From IMG/VR virus record IMGVR_UViG_3300020048_000030: a stretch of DNA of 64,000 nt, one strand, 5' to 3'. Every line of letters begins with the position of its first letter. Position 1 is the stretch's first letter. Positions 49,473 through 57,928 of the stretch are shown piece after piece. This DNA is from an uncultured virus (IMG/VR IMGVR_UViG_3300020048_000030). Lineage: Duplodnaviria > Heunggongvirae > Uroviricota > Caudoviricetes. A program made the translations under genes and the position numbers. Below the pieces are notes generated by a model. It did no database searches and was not told where the DNA came from. It was given only the letters and a program-made list of their open reading frames with translations.

Positions 49473-49811
49473 ATGTTAAATCAAACTATATTAGATGAAT
49501 ATATTTTTTATCTTAAAAAAGTTAAGTATAAAGGTAATATTCAAGATATAAAATTAGAATATTGTAAAGATAATATTGGTAATTATATTTATCTTGTACA
49601 GATTAAGATTAAAAAATCACAAAAGAATAAAGGTTATGGTTCATCAGTACTTACAGAAGTTATTGAACTTGCGAATAAACATAATCTTAGAATTAAACTT
49701 TGGGCAACAGATGTATTTGGTGCTGATTTGAAAAGATTAATTGAATTCTATAAAAGATTTGGATTTGTTTTATTGGAAGAAAATAAAATGGTTTATTATC
49801 CAAAAGAATAA
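49473..49811 (+). CDS. GNAT-family acetyltransferase
   Basis: QKNKGYGSSVL..LIEFYKRFGF. Confidence 0.8.
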   Translation: MLNQTILDEYIFYLKKVKYKGNIQDIKLEYCKDNIGNYIYLVQIKIKKSQKNKGYGSSVLTEVIELANKHNLRIKLWATDVFGADLKRLIEFYKRFGFVLLEENKMVYYPKE

Positions 49812-49816
49812 TGTTA

Positions 49817-49888
49817 GGATCTTTAGCTCAGGGGTAGAGCGCGACACTCATAATGTCAGGGTCGGGGGTTCAAATCCCTCAAGGTCCA
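49817..49888 (+). tRNA. tRNA-CAT (Ile2 or elongator Met)
   Basis: GACA-CTCATAA-TGTC; canonical arms. Confidence 0.85.
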
Positions 49889-49937
49889 CAAATAATAAGG
49901 TGTTTTAATAGTAAATAATTTTTATTATAACTAAAAT

Positions 49938-50090
49938 ATGAAAAATCACAGATTATGTACACATTGTTTTAATCTTATGTCAGGTTGTAAATATGGTTAT
50001 AATTTAAAGATTTGTGAACCTAAATTAATGACTAAAACATTTTGTCCTATATGTTATAATATAAAAGGAAATTGTTCTTGTAAAAAATAA
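49938..50090 (+). CDS. 50-aa Cys-rich microprotein
   Basis: CTHC..C..C..CPIC..CSC (manual translation). Confidence 0.5.
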   Translation: MKNHRLCTHCFNLMSGCKYGYNLKICEPKLMTKTFCPICYNIKGNCSCKK

Positions 50091-50094
50091 AAAT

Positions 50095-50316
50095 ATGAAA
50101 GATATAAAAGAAGAAATATTTCATTTCATATCAACACACGAATGTATCATATCTAATGAAATGCATAAAAGAGATGAGAATATTAATGTTAGATTTACAA
50201 CATTTGGTAATAAAGCAGGATGTAGATCAGTTTATGATGTCATTAGTCTATTAGATGAAGATACAAAAGTGAAAGTAATTGAAATGATGAAAAATAAAAG
50301 AGTTTCAGATAATTAA
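50095..50316 (+). CDS. hypothetical protein
   Basis: 73-aa ORF. Confidence 0.6.
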   Translation: MKDIKEEIFHFISTHECIISNEMHKRDENINVRFTTFGNKAGCRSVYDVISLLDEDTKVKVIEMMKNKRVSDN

Positions 50317-50344
50317 AAGATTTTTGGAAAATAATTACAAAAAA

Positions 50345-50843
50345 TTTGGAAAATAAATTAAACTTTTGTAATTTTGTTTCCTAAATTAAAAACATCTTTT
50401 GAAAAAAGATAAGGTTCTTTAAAATGTTGAGTTAAATAGTTGAAGATTAAACAACTAAAAGATTTTTTGAAAATAAGTGTCAAAAAATTTGGAAAATGAA
50501 AAAAGATGTTGTATCTTTGTAAGACAATTGGAAGATAAAATATCTGATTGAAAAAAGAAAAAAGTTTTTAAAAAATTTGGAAATTAAATTAAACTTTTAT
50601 ATCTTTGTTGAATATATAAATCACCTTTTAAAAATGGTGAAAAAAATAAAGAAAAAAGTTTTTAAAAAATTTGGAAATTAAATTAAACTTTTATATCTTT
50701 GTTGAATATAAAAATAGTTCTTTAAAATACTGAAATGATAATAAAAAAGATTTTTTGAAAATAAGTGTCAAAAAATTTGGAAAATCAAAAAAGATGTTGT
50801 ATCTTTGTAAAGTATTTAAAATGTAAAAATAGTTCTTTAAAAT
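50345..50843 (+). promoter_or_regulatory. array of five tandem Bacteroidota-type promoters with boxA-like GTTCTTTAAAAT motifs
   Basis: TTTGG at 50345, 50488, 50576, 50670 and 50776, each followed 24 nt later by TAnnTTTG. GTTCTTTAAAAT at ~50414, 50717 and 50832. Confidence 0.82.
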
Positions 50844-50845
50844 AT

Positions 50846-51474
50846 TGGGATAAAATTAGAGCGAAAGCGAAGAAGAGTAAAGTAAACTGTTCTCTGTCTG
50901 AAAATAGGGTCAAGGTTTGTGAAAATCTTGTGAAAATATCAGATATAAAAATCACTGATACGGATGTTGAAGTTGATTGTTTGAAATCGTAAAAAGTAAA
51001 CAGAATTCTAATTTAGGTCGTTTGTAGAGAATACATTGTAAAATGGAAATCGTAAAACATAAATTCTAAAAAAGATGTTGAAATTGTAGAAAGTAAAGAT
51101 TTGAAACCGTAGGGAGTAAGTTAAGTTGTTATATAAGTATAACAATGTTTACCTAAATGGGTAAAGTGGTTGAAACCATAGGTAGTAAAGCGAAAAATTT
51201 GAAACTGAAAGGAGTAAAATGATTGAAATCAAGGGAAGTAGGGAAACTGAAACCAAGGAAAGTAAAAGGATTGAAACTGAAAGGAGTAAAATGATTGAAA
51301 TCATAGGGAGTAAGTTTTTGAAACTGAAGGGAGTAATAAAGTTGTCATACTCAATATGACAATATTTATCTGAAAAGATAAAGGTGGTTCAAACCGAAAG
51401 TAGTAAAGTTACTGAAATCAAAGAAAGTAAACAACAGTTTTGAAATTCGTAGTGAGTAGCTCTTTTTTATCTCA
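50846..51474 (+). ncRNA. novel ~630-nt RNA with ~13-14 TGAAA-N8-AGTA hairpin units
   Basis: Ends pair (TGGGATAAAA..GAGC / GCTC..TTTTATCTCA; AAACTGTT/AACAGTTT); repeat units at about 24-nt spacing. Confidence 0.72.
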
Positions 51475-51480
51475 TTTTAT

Positions 51481-51646
51481 GGTCTGATCGTCTAGCGGTC
51501 AAAATTATAACAAAGACTTTATATGTTGCTCAGCAGTAAATAAAGTAGTTATAAAGGACAAAGCAAACTTATGATAGGTATGGAAATACAAGGAAGTTGA
51601 GAAAAATTGTAAAAGCTTTACATAGGTTCGAATCCTGTTCAGACTA
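51481..51646 (+). ncRNA. tRNA-scaffold RNA with large insertions in the D and anticodon loops
   Basis: GGTCTGA/TCAGACT acceptor, GTCT/GGAC D-stem, AAAGC/GCTTT stem, ATAGG-TTCGAAT-CCTGT T-arm. Confidence 0.65.
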
Positions 51647-51647
51647 C

Positions 51648-51685
51648 AAAAATGGAAAAAAGTGAAGTTTTTGTATAAATATATA
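51648..51685 (+). promoter_or_regulatory. phage late-type promoter upstream of GOLLD-like RNA 1
   Basis: AAAAATGGAAAAAAGTGA..TAAATATATA. Confidence 0.6.
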
Positions 51686-51739
51686 CAATCACCAACTTTT
51701 GAAAAAATGTTCTTTGATAATATTGAAAAGATAATATAT

Positions 51740-52689
51740 GGTTCTAATCCTTATAGACCTTACTTGAAAGGGTAAAAGTCTGAGGATGAAACGCAAGAGT
51801 TGAACCTAAGTAGTATTAATCATCGTGTGTGATGATATCTTTCTTCGGAAAGAGCAAATAATGTAAGGTGACTTACAAAAGGGGGAGTCTCTCAACTTCC
51901 CGCCAGGTCTTCGGATTTGGTTACAGCACACAAACTTCGTCTTTGTTGGCTACCCGCCAACAGATTCATCCGCAAGGACTGGATATAAGGAGTAAGTAAT
52001 GAGTACATGGTTCTTTGGTAAGAATAAGTCTTGTAAGCCCCCAGCAATGGGTAAGGAGCAAGATGAATAAGGGGTGACACCCACACCATTGCGTGTCAAC
52101 ATTATGAATTTGAAAGATAAGAAGTAGGTAATCTGTCAGAGTGTTGATAGCACAAAGGCTAATTATCAATACAAATGGTGAAAGGAGAAGTCCTGGAATT
52201 GTGAAGTATGGTACAGTAGGAATAATCAACCGAAACGCATGTTTAGTTAAGTATTTTGTATGACAAAATCTTATGAAGCTTTGTCTGAGCGCTAAACCGA
52301 GACCCTGATATTAGGGTTAAAATATCAACTATCTTAAAAATTAATATGATAATTAAAATTTGATAAAAAGCAAAGACTCAGACAAGTATATGACGAAAGT
52401 CGTTTAAGTCTTGACATCTTCGGATGAATCAAGATCACGGAAACTCGCAAGGTAGAAGTGTTTTATGGAAAGAAGCATCTAAGAGGTTAGCGCCTCTGAA
52501 TGGCTCGCAAGGTCAAGAGAATTTTGAACATAGAGTAATCATATACTGATAGTGGAAAAGCTACCACTTAAAATAAAGCAACGTCGCTGATAGACTTCCA
52601 TGAGGAAGTGGATAAGTGTAGAACCTTGGCCGCAAACTAAGGGTAATGACACGAAGGTATCGGTACTAAACCTGTAATCTCAAGGTTTT
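51740..52689 (+). ncRNA. GOLLD-like giant structured RNA (copy 1, ~950 nt)
   Basis: GC-elevated, ORF-poor, many GNRA/UUCG hairpins (GCAA, TTCG, GAAA). 3' domain CTCGCAAGG..GGAAA..GAGTA..GTGGATAAG..GTAATCTC resembles GOLLD as I recall it; not searched. Confidence 0.68.
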
Positions 52690-52694
52690 AAAAT

Positions 52695-52778
52695 AGTTCA
52701 GTCGTCTATTTTGGAGTACTTAATTTAAGTCAAGACACAATAACAATTGGAGATATGGTTCAAAACCTATCTGAACTA
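52695..52778 (+). ncRNA. tRNA-like RNA with truncated anticodon arm and D-loop hairpin insert
   Basis: AGTTCAG/CTGAACT acceptor; GTCT/AGAC; CAAT-AACA-ATTG; GGTTCAAAACC. Confidence 0.55.
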
Positions 52779-52956
52779 CAAAATCTGATATGTCAAAATA
52801 ACTGATTTAGTAGTAAGTGAACCTGCTTTACAAAAGTTCACCCTCTAAGAACATCATTCACTCTTAGGTTGATGGTTGAAATGGGTAAGGAATACCATAC
52901 ATTCCAATAAAAACCACTATGTTTAAAACCCCTTAAAAGGTATAGTAGTAATTTGT

Positions 52957-53021
52957 AATCAAGTAGCTCAGTGTTGAGAGCGGTCGAAAGACAGGTCAGT
53001 GGTTCAGCGCCATTCTTGAAA
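52957..53021 (+). ncRNA. mini tRNA-like RNA with anticodon arm replaced by GTC-GAAA-GAC
   Basis: TCAAG/CTTGA, TAGCTCAG..GAGC D-arm, AGTGG-TTCAGCG-CCATT T-arm. Confidence 0.6.
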
Positions 53022-53094
53022 ACAAATAATTATGTTTAAAACCCTTCAGAAAGGCATAGTAGTGGTTTGTTTTTATTGTTCTTTGAATAATGAT

Positions 53095-53993
53095 ATTTCC
53101 TATGCTTGAATAGGAATCCGTAAGGAAGAGATAATATATCGTAAGATATAAAAAGGATAGACATCCATTTGTTTATTCACCTTAAATCCCAATTTAAGGC
53201 CAAATCAAGCAACTCCTTGCTCACCTTTACTGAAAAAGGGTTTCTCTTCGGAGGAAATAAGAGGAAGATAAGTTTTTAGGAACTTTGGAAAGTATGGAAT
53301 TTCTTACTTGCCTGTAAAGGGAACAAGGGAAATTTAATAAAGAACTATGGTGGTTCATATCCTAAATTACCAACCTTATCGTCTCAGAATTGTAAAAGGA
53401 AGATAGTAAAATAGTCCAAGTGATGCAAAAGTAAGGGCGACTATCAGTATTAAGGTTTTGAAAAGAATCTGAAATACCGCACAAGTAGGTTTAGCAGACT
53501 GAAAATGTAAACTAAGGGTCGGATTTTTTTCTTCAAAAGAGAATGAAACGGTGAACAGGCACTTAGTAATGGAAAAACAAAATTAGCTCAGTTGGCAGAG
53601 CAATTGGCTTCTAACCAATAGGTCATAGGTTCAATTCCTATAATTTGTAAAAAAGCGAAGTCCTGTTCAACATCAGTAAGAAAAGACGCTTAATTCTTGA
53701 CATCTCCGGATGAATCAAGAGCAACTGAAACTCGCAAGGTGAATGTTGTTTGATGGAAAATCACACTTAGGGATTAATTATCTCAAACTGTCCGCAAGAT
53801 AGGAGGCCGATTGAACATCGAGTAGTACTGGTGGTAATAAAGTTAGTCAATCTTTAAAATGGCAGCGTTGCTTGACTAAACTATGATTGAAGGGAAACCT
53901 TAATTATAGTGGATAAGTAAAGAACATGAAGAATAGCATCTTTATGATAATGTTACGAAGGTGTCAAGTGAAAACCAGTAGTCTCATGGTTTT
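53095..53993 (+). ncRNA. GOLLD-like giant structured RNA (copy 2, ~900 nt) with embedded tRNA
   Basis: 3' ~350 nt collinear with copy 1 (TCTTGACATCTyCGGATGAATCAAGA, GAAACTCGCAAGGT, TTGAACAT.GAGTA, GTGGATAAGT, ACGAAGGT, GTArTCTCA.GGTTTT). Confidence 0.68.
53577..53649 (+). tRNA. tRNA-Arg(TCT), nested in GOLLD-like copy 2
   Basis: TAGCTCAGTTGGCAGAGC; ATTGG-CTTCTAA-CCAAT; GGTTCAATTCC. Confidence 0.82.
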
Positions 53994-54000
53994 AAATTTT

Positions 54001-54036
54001 AAACCCCTTAATCTTCCGAGGATTAAGGGGTTTTTT
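54001..54036 (+). terminator. intrinsic terminator closing the ncRNA operon
   Basis: AAACCCCTTAATC-loop-GATTAAGGGGTTT-T run. Confidence 0.88.
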
Positions 54037-54037
54037 G

Positions 54038-54814
54038 TTATCTTAAAGTTTTAATTCTTTCTGTTTGATATTTCATTATATCAATATCTTTATTTTCTTT
54101 TAATATATCAATAATTTTAATAAACATATTTGTAGTTATTCTACAATCTGATAATGCATCATGATAATTTATCATACTTATATTAAGAGCTGGTCCAATC
54201 TTTGACATTGAAGAACTTATTAATCCAAAATCTCTTTCAGATGTTCCTATTGTTCCAATCATTTTTTTATAACTTTCATCTGTTTCTGCTAATTTTTGTA
54301 TTAGTGGAATATAATATAATTGAATGATTTGTTTGGTGTCTATTACTTCTTTTTCATATTTCCTACCATATCTACCATTTAACATATTCATATCAAATGC
54401 AGCGTTCTGTATGACAAATAAAGGGTTATTTTGCTCATCTATCCAATCATAAAATTCAGATAATACCATTTGTTCATCATAATATTTAGTGTCTTTTGTT
54501 CCATAGTGATTAAATGATAATACTTTTTTAATTCTTGAACCGGGTTCATTCATTTTTACTTTAGTTTCATCAGTTAATTTTATCTTTTTATTAAAAGAAT
54601 CCTTTTCTGTGAACTCATTTAAATCAAAATTATAAGTATTTGATATGGCAGCAACTTGTGTTAATTGTTCTTTCTTATGTCCACCTAATCCAGTAGTTTC
54701 AGTATCAATAAATATCCAATCATTAACTGATTTACTTTCAATCCAATTTAAGAATTGATTAATAGATTTATACCATAACTTATGTTCAAGTAAAAAATCA
54801 GTATATTTAATCAT
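54038..54814 (-). CDS. DEDDh 3'-5' exonuclease (DnaQ-like)
   Basis: IDTETTG, NAAFD, IDT, HDALSD. Confidence 0.88.
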   Translation of the reverse strand: MIKYTDFLLEHKLWYKSINQFLNWIESKSVNDWIFIDTETTGLGGHKKEQLTQVAAISNTYNFDLNEFTEKDSFNKKIKLTDETKVKMNEPGSRIKKVLSFNHYGTKDTKYYDEQMVLSEFYDWIDEQNNPLFVIQNAAFDMNMLNGRYGRKYEKEVIDTKQIIQLYYIPLIQKLAETDESYKKMIGTIGTSERDFGLISSSMSKIGPALNISMINYHDALSDCRITTNMFIKIIDILKENKDIDIMKYQTERIKTLR

Positions 54815-54873
54815 TGGTGAATCTTTTTTCTTTATATATAAAAACTTTTATCTTATTTTTAATTATAATATGT

Positions 54874-55971
54874 ATGATAAATAATAAAACAATATGTCTT
54901 TGTTTAATAGTCAAGAATGAAGCTAAAGTAATTCATAGACTAATTAGGAGTTGTAAACATTTCATAGATTACTATGTAATATGTGATACTGGTTCAAGTG
55001 ATAATACCATTGAAGTAATTAAAGAAGAAATGGGTGATATTAAAGGTGAAATTCACCAAAGAAAATGGATTGGATTTGATGTGAATAGAACAGAACTAAT
55101 GGAATTTGCATATAAGAAATCAGATTATCTACTTATAGCTGATGCTGATGAAGAATTTATAATTACTGATGATTTTTATAATGAAAATTTTACTTATGAT
55201 TGGTATCATTTTAGGTATATAGGTGATTTAGATTATACAAGAATTCATCTTGTTAATGCTAATATAAAATGGAGATATTTAGGTAAATTACATGAGTATA
55301 TTGATTATGTAGATAATAGTAAATCTAGTGAAGTCTTAGAATTAAATACAATTACAGTTTTACATCATGATGATGGTAGTTCAATGTTAAGAAAAGATAA
55401 AATAAAAAGAGACATTGAAATTCTTAAAAAAGCAATTAAAGATGAACCCAATAATGAAAGAAATTATTTTTATATGGGTCAAACTTATAATGATAATAAA
55501 GAATACAAAAAGGCAATTATATATTATGAAAAAAGAATAAAATTTGGTGGATGGGAAGAAGAAGTATATTATTCTATGTTTCAACTAGGTGTTATGTATT
55601 ATTATCTTGAAAAAAAGGATATTGCAATTATTAAATTTATTGATGCTTATTCATATAGACCTTCAAGATTTGAATCATTATATATGATAGGTATAATATA
55701 TAGAGAACAAAATAAGTTTCATTTTGCTAGATTAATGTATGAAGAAGTTCTTAATATGAAATACCCTAATGATGTCTTATTTATTGATAGAACAAGTAGA
55801 GAATATCTAGCCGATTATGAATTAGCTATTTGTTATTATTGGATGGGTGAATATGAAAAAGCAAAATTTCATGCATTACAAGTAGATGGTAAAAAAAATA
55901 TACCAAAAGAAATATATGAACAAAATAAAAAAAATCTAAAATTTATTTTGGATAAAATTAACGAACTTTAG
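54874..55971 (+). CDS. GT2 glycosyltransferase with TPR repeats
   Basis: LIVKNE, CDTGSSDNT, DADE, LHE; TPR-like helices. Likely start at 54874. Confidence 0.88.
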   Translation: MINNKTICLCLIVKNEAKVIHRLIRSCKHFIDYYVICDTGSSDNTIEVIKEEMGDIKGEIHQRKWIGFDVNRTELMEFAYKKSDYLLIADADEEFIITDDFYNENFTYDWYHFRYIGDLDYTRIHLVNANIKWRYLGKLHEYIDYVDNSKSSEVLELNTITVLHHDDGSSMLRKDKIKRDIEILKKAIKDEPNNERNYFYMGQTYNDNKEYKKAIIYYEKRIKFGGWEEEVYYSMFQLGVMYYYLEKKDIAIIKFIDAYSYRPSRFESLYMIGIIYREQNKFHFARLMYEEVLNMKYPNDVLFIDRTSREYLADYELAICYYWMGEYEKAKFHALQVDGKKNIPKEIYEQNKKNLKFILDKINEL

Positions 55972-57928
55972 GATATTTTATTTTTGTATAGTTTGGGTTA
56001 TTTTCTTTGAATAATTTATATAATTTTTTAGTTTCTTTTTTATCTTTTCCTAATATATAAATATACTTATGTTTTTTAGGGGATTTACGTTTTATTAAAT
56101 TTTTTATTGTGTTTTTACTTGTATTTGTTAATAATTCAGATATTTCATTTGGTATAATATCCCAATGTATAGTATATCTAGTATTCCAATTATCTTCCCA
56201 TTTAATATTATATTTTTTACAAATTCTTTTATAAAAAGATAATTTTCTAAAATTTCTACCAGAAGTCCATCCAATGTTAGGATTATTTAAATCAAAATAT
56301 AGATAATCAGATCCAAATGTTTGTCCTAAATAAGTAAAATTACACGCTTGATAAATAGTTCCTAATTCTTTTGCTTCTGTATCAGAATATGCACTAAATA
56401 ATTTAAACTGAGTATTTTGAACCATCCACCTTATTGACCACATTATTAAAGAACTAGATAAATTTTTAGGAGTCCAATATGCATTTGCACCTCTACTTAT
56501 TAATTTTTCTATATTTTTTGTATCTTTTCCCAACATATTAGAAAATGCATTAGGTGTAGACATTATTATGGCAGCACCTATTTCATTATCCATCATAGCT
56601 ACAAATCTATGTGTAGGTCTATTTGGTAATTTACCTAACCATTCATATTTTTCTATAAACTGTTTAATCTTAGTACACATTATTTTATCACTTGGTTCAA
56701 TGTACTTAAATTCAAAATCAGAAATTCTTAGATTATTATTTATATCATCTATTTTATTATCCATTTTTATCTTATATTGATAACAAACATCTTCTGATTG
56801 ATATATTTTATACTTTATTAGTTTTTCAAAAATATCATAATTTTTATCTATAATAAATATAAAGTTATATCCATTTTTAATACAAAATTCTTTTTTAATA
56901 TCATTTTTTTCTTTATGAACATTATACCAATTAGTAGATTTTATTTCTACTATTAAATTTAATTCTTCTATATAAAAATCAGGGTAATAAATATGTGTGC
57001 TACCACTATATATATATTTTATAGATGTACCTCTACTTATATTTATTAAATTATAATATTTATCCAAAAAATCCTTTTCATATGAAGATTGATAATATAA
57101 ATCTGTTTCTTTATATTTTGATATTTTTAAACCAGATTTTATCATTTTTTCTAAAAATTCCGGTACATGCATTGGGTGTCTTTCACCATATTTTTCATAA
57201 AATAAATCAAACATGTGTTCTTTTATTATTTCATTTTTCATAGGATTATCAAATCCAAATTTATCAACACAGGTTTCTTTATATTTTATTCTATTATTAA
57301 AATTTTTATCATCATGATTTAATAATTTTGTATTTGATATTTTATTTTTTATTTCTTCATTCTGTAATACATATTCAGTATTATATTTTTCTAAATTTGT
57401 TTTTATCCATTTTTCTTTTATTTCTTTGTTCCTTAATGGTATTGTAGTATTATATTTTTCTAATAATACCCTACTTTTAGTTTCTTTAAATTCATCAGTT
57501 TTCATATATGAATCAACACCATATCTTTCTAAATTAGTTTGTTTTTGTTTTTCTATATTAATATAATTTTCATTATTATATTTTTCTTTTTTTGTGTTTT
57601 TAGATTTTATTAAATATTCATCTGTTTTATTATAATGATCAACACCATATCTTTCAGTTGATGTTTGTTTAGATTTATTAATAGAACATTTTTGTGAACA
57701 AGAATAATACCCATATGTTTCAATATTTCTTCTATATGAATGCATAGAAATAGTTTTTTCATTATTACATACATCACATTTCACTAATATCTTTACTACT
57801 GATGTAGCTGGTAATTGTCCTGGTACTATAATAATTTCATCACCTGATTTTATATCAAATCCTATTGAATTATAATATGATATATTTTTATTTGTGGTTT
57901 TTATTTTAATATTAGTAGTAATTATCAT
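55958..57928 (-). CDS. KYGV-repeat PD-(D/E)XK endonuclease fused to a Mom-like (GNAT) DNA-modification domain
   Basis: ERYGVD repeats; SSYE..YYPDFYI..IVEIKS; C-terminal AYSDTEAKELGTIYQACNFTYLG. Confidence 0.68.
   Translation of the reverse strand: MIITTNIKIKTTNKNISYYNSIGFDIKSGDEIIIVPGQLPATSVVKILVKCDVCNNEKTISMHSYRRNIETYGYYSCSQKCSINKSKQTSTERYGVDHYNKTDEYLIKSKNTKKEKYNNENYINIEKQKQTNLERYGVDSYMKTDEFKETKSRVLLEKYNTTIPLRNKEIKEKWIKTNLEKYNTEYVLQNEEIKNKISNTKLLNHDDKNFNNRIKYKETCVDKFGFDNPMKNEIIKEHMFDLFYEKYGERHPMHVPEFLEKMIKSGLKISKYKETDLYYQSSYEKDFLDKYYNLINISRGTSIKYIYSGSTHIYYPDFYIEELNLIVEIKSTNWYNVHKEKNDIKKEFCIKNGYNFIFIIDKNYDIFEKLIKYKIYQSEDVCYQYKIKMDNKIDDINNNLRISDFEFKYIEPSDKIMCTKIKQFIEKYEWLGKLPNRPTHRFVAMMDNEIGAAIIMSTPNAFSNMLGKDTKNIEKLISRGANAYWTPKNLSSSLIMWSIRWMVQNTQFKLFSAYSDTEAKELGTIYQACNFTYLGQTFGSDYLYFDLNNPNIGWTSGRNFRKLSFYKRICKKYNIKWEDNWNTRYTIHWDIIPNEISELLTNTSKNTIKNLIKRKSPKKHKYIYILGKDKKETKKLYKLFKENNPNYTKIKYPKVR

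Noticed and set aside
50846..51474. CRISPR array
   Set aside because: Units are ~24 nt and degenerate with no unique 30-40 nt spacers; no cas genes in the window.
50765..52229. ORFs 50765-50992 (+), 51892-52089 (-) and 51966-52229 (-)
   Set aside because: They overlap promoter repeats or structured RNA, have atypical composition and are probably chance ORFs.
51740..53993. rRNA, RNase P RNA or tmRNA
   Set aside because: I found no universal rRNA segments, no RNase P P4 signature (GAGGAAAGTCC) and no tmRNA termini or tag ORF.
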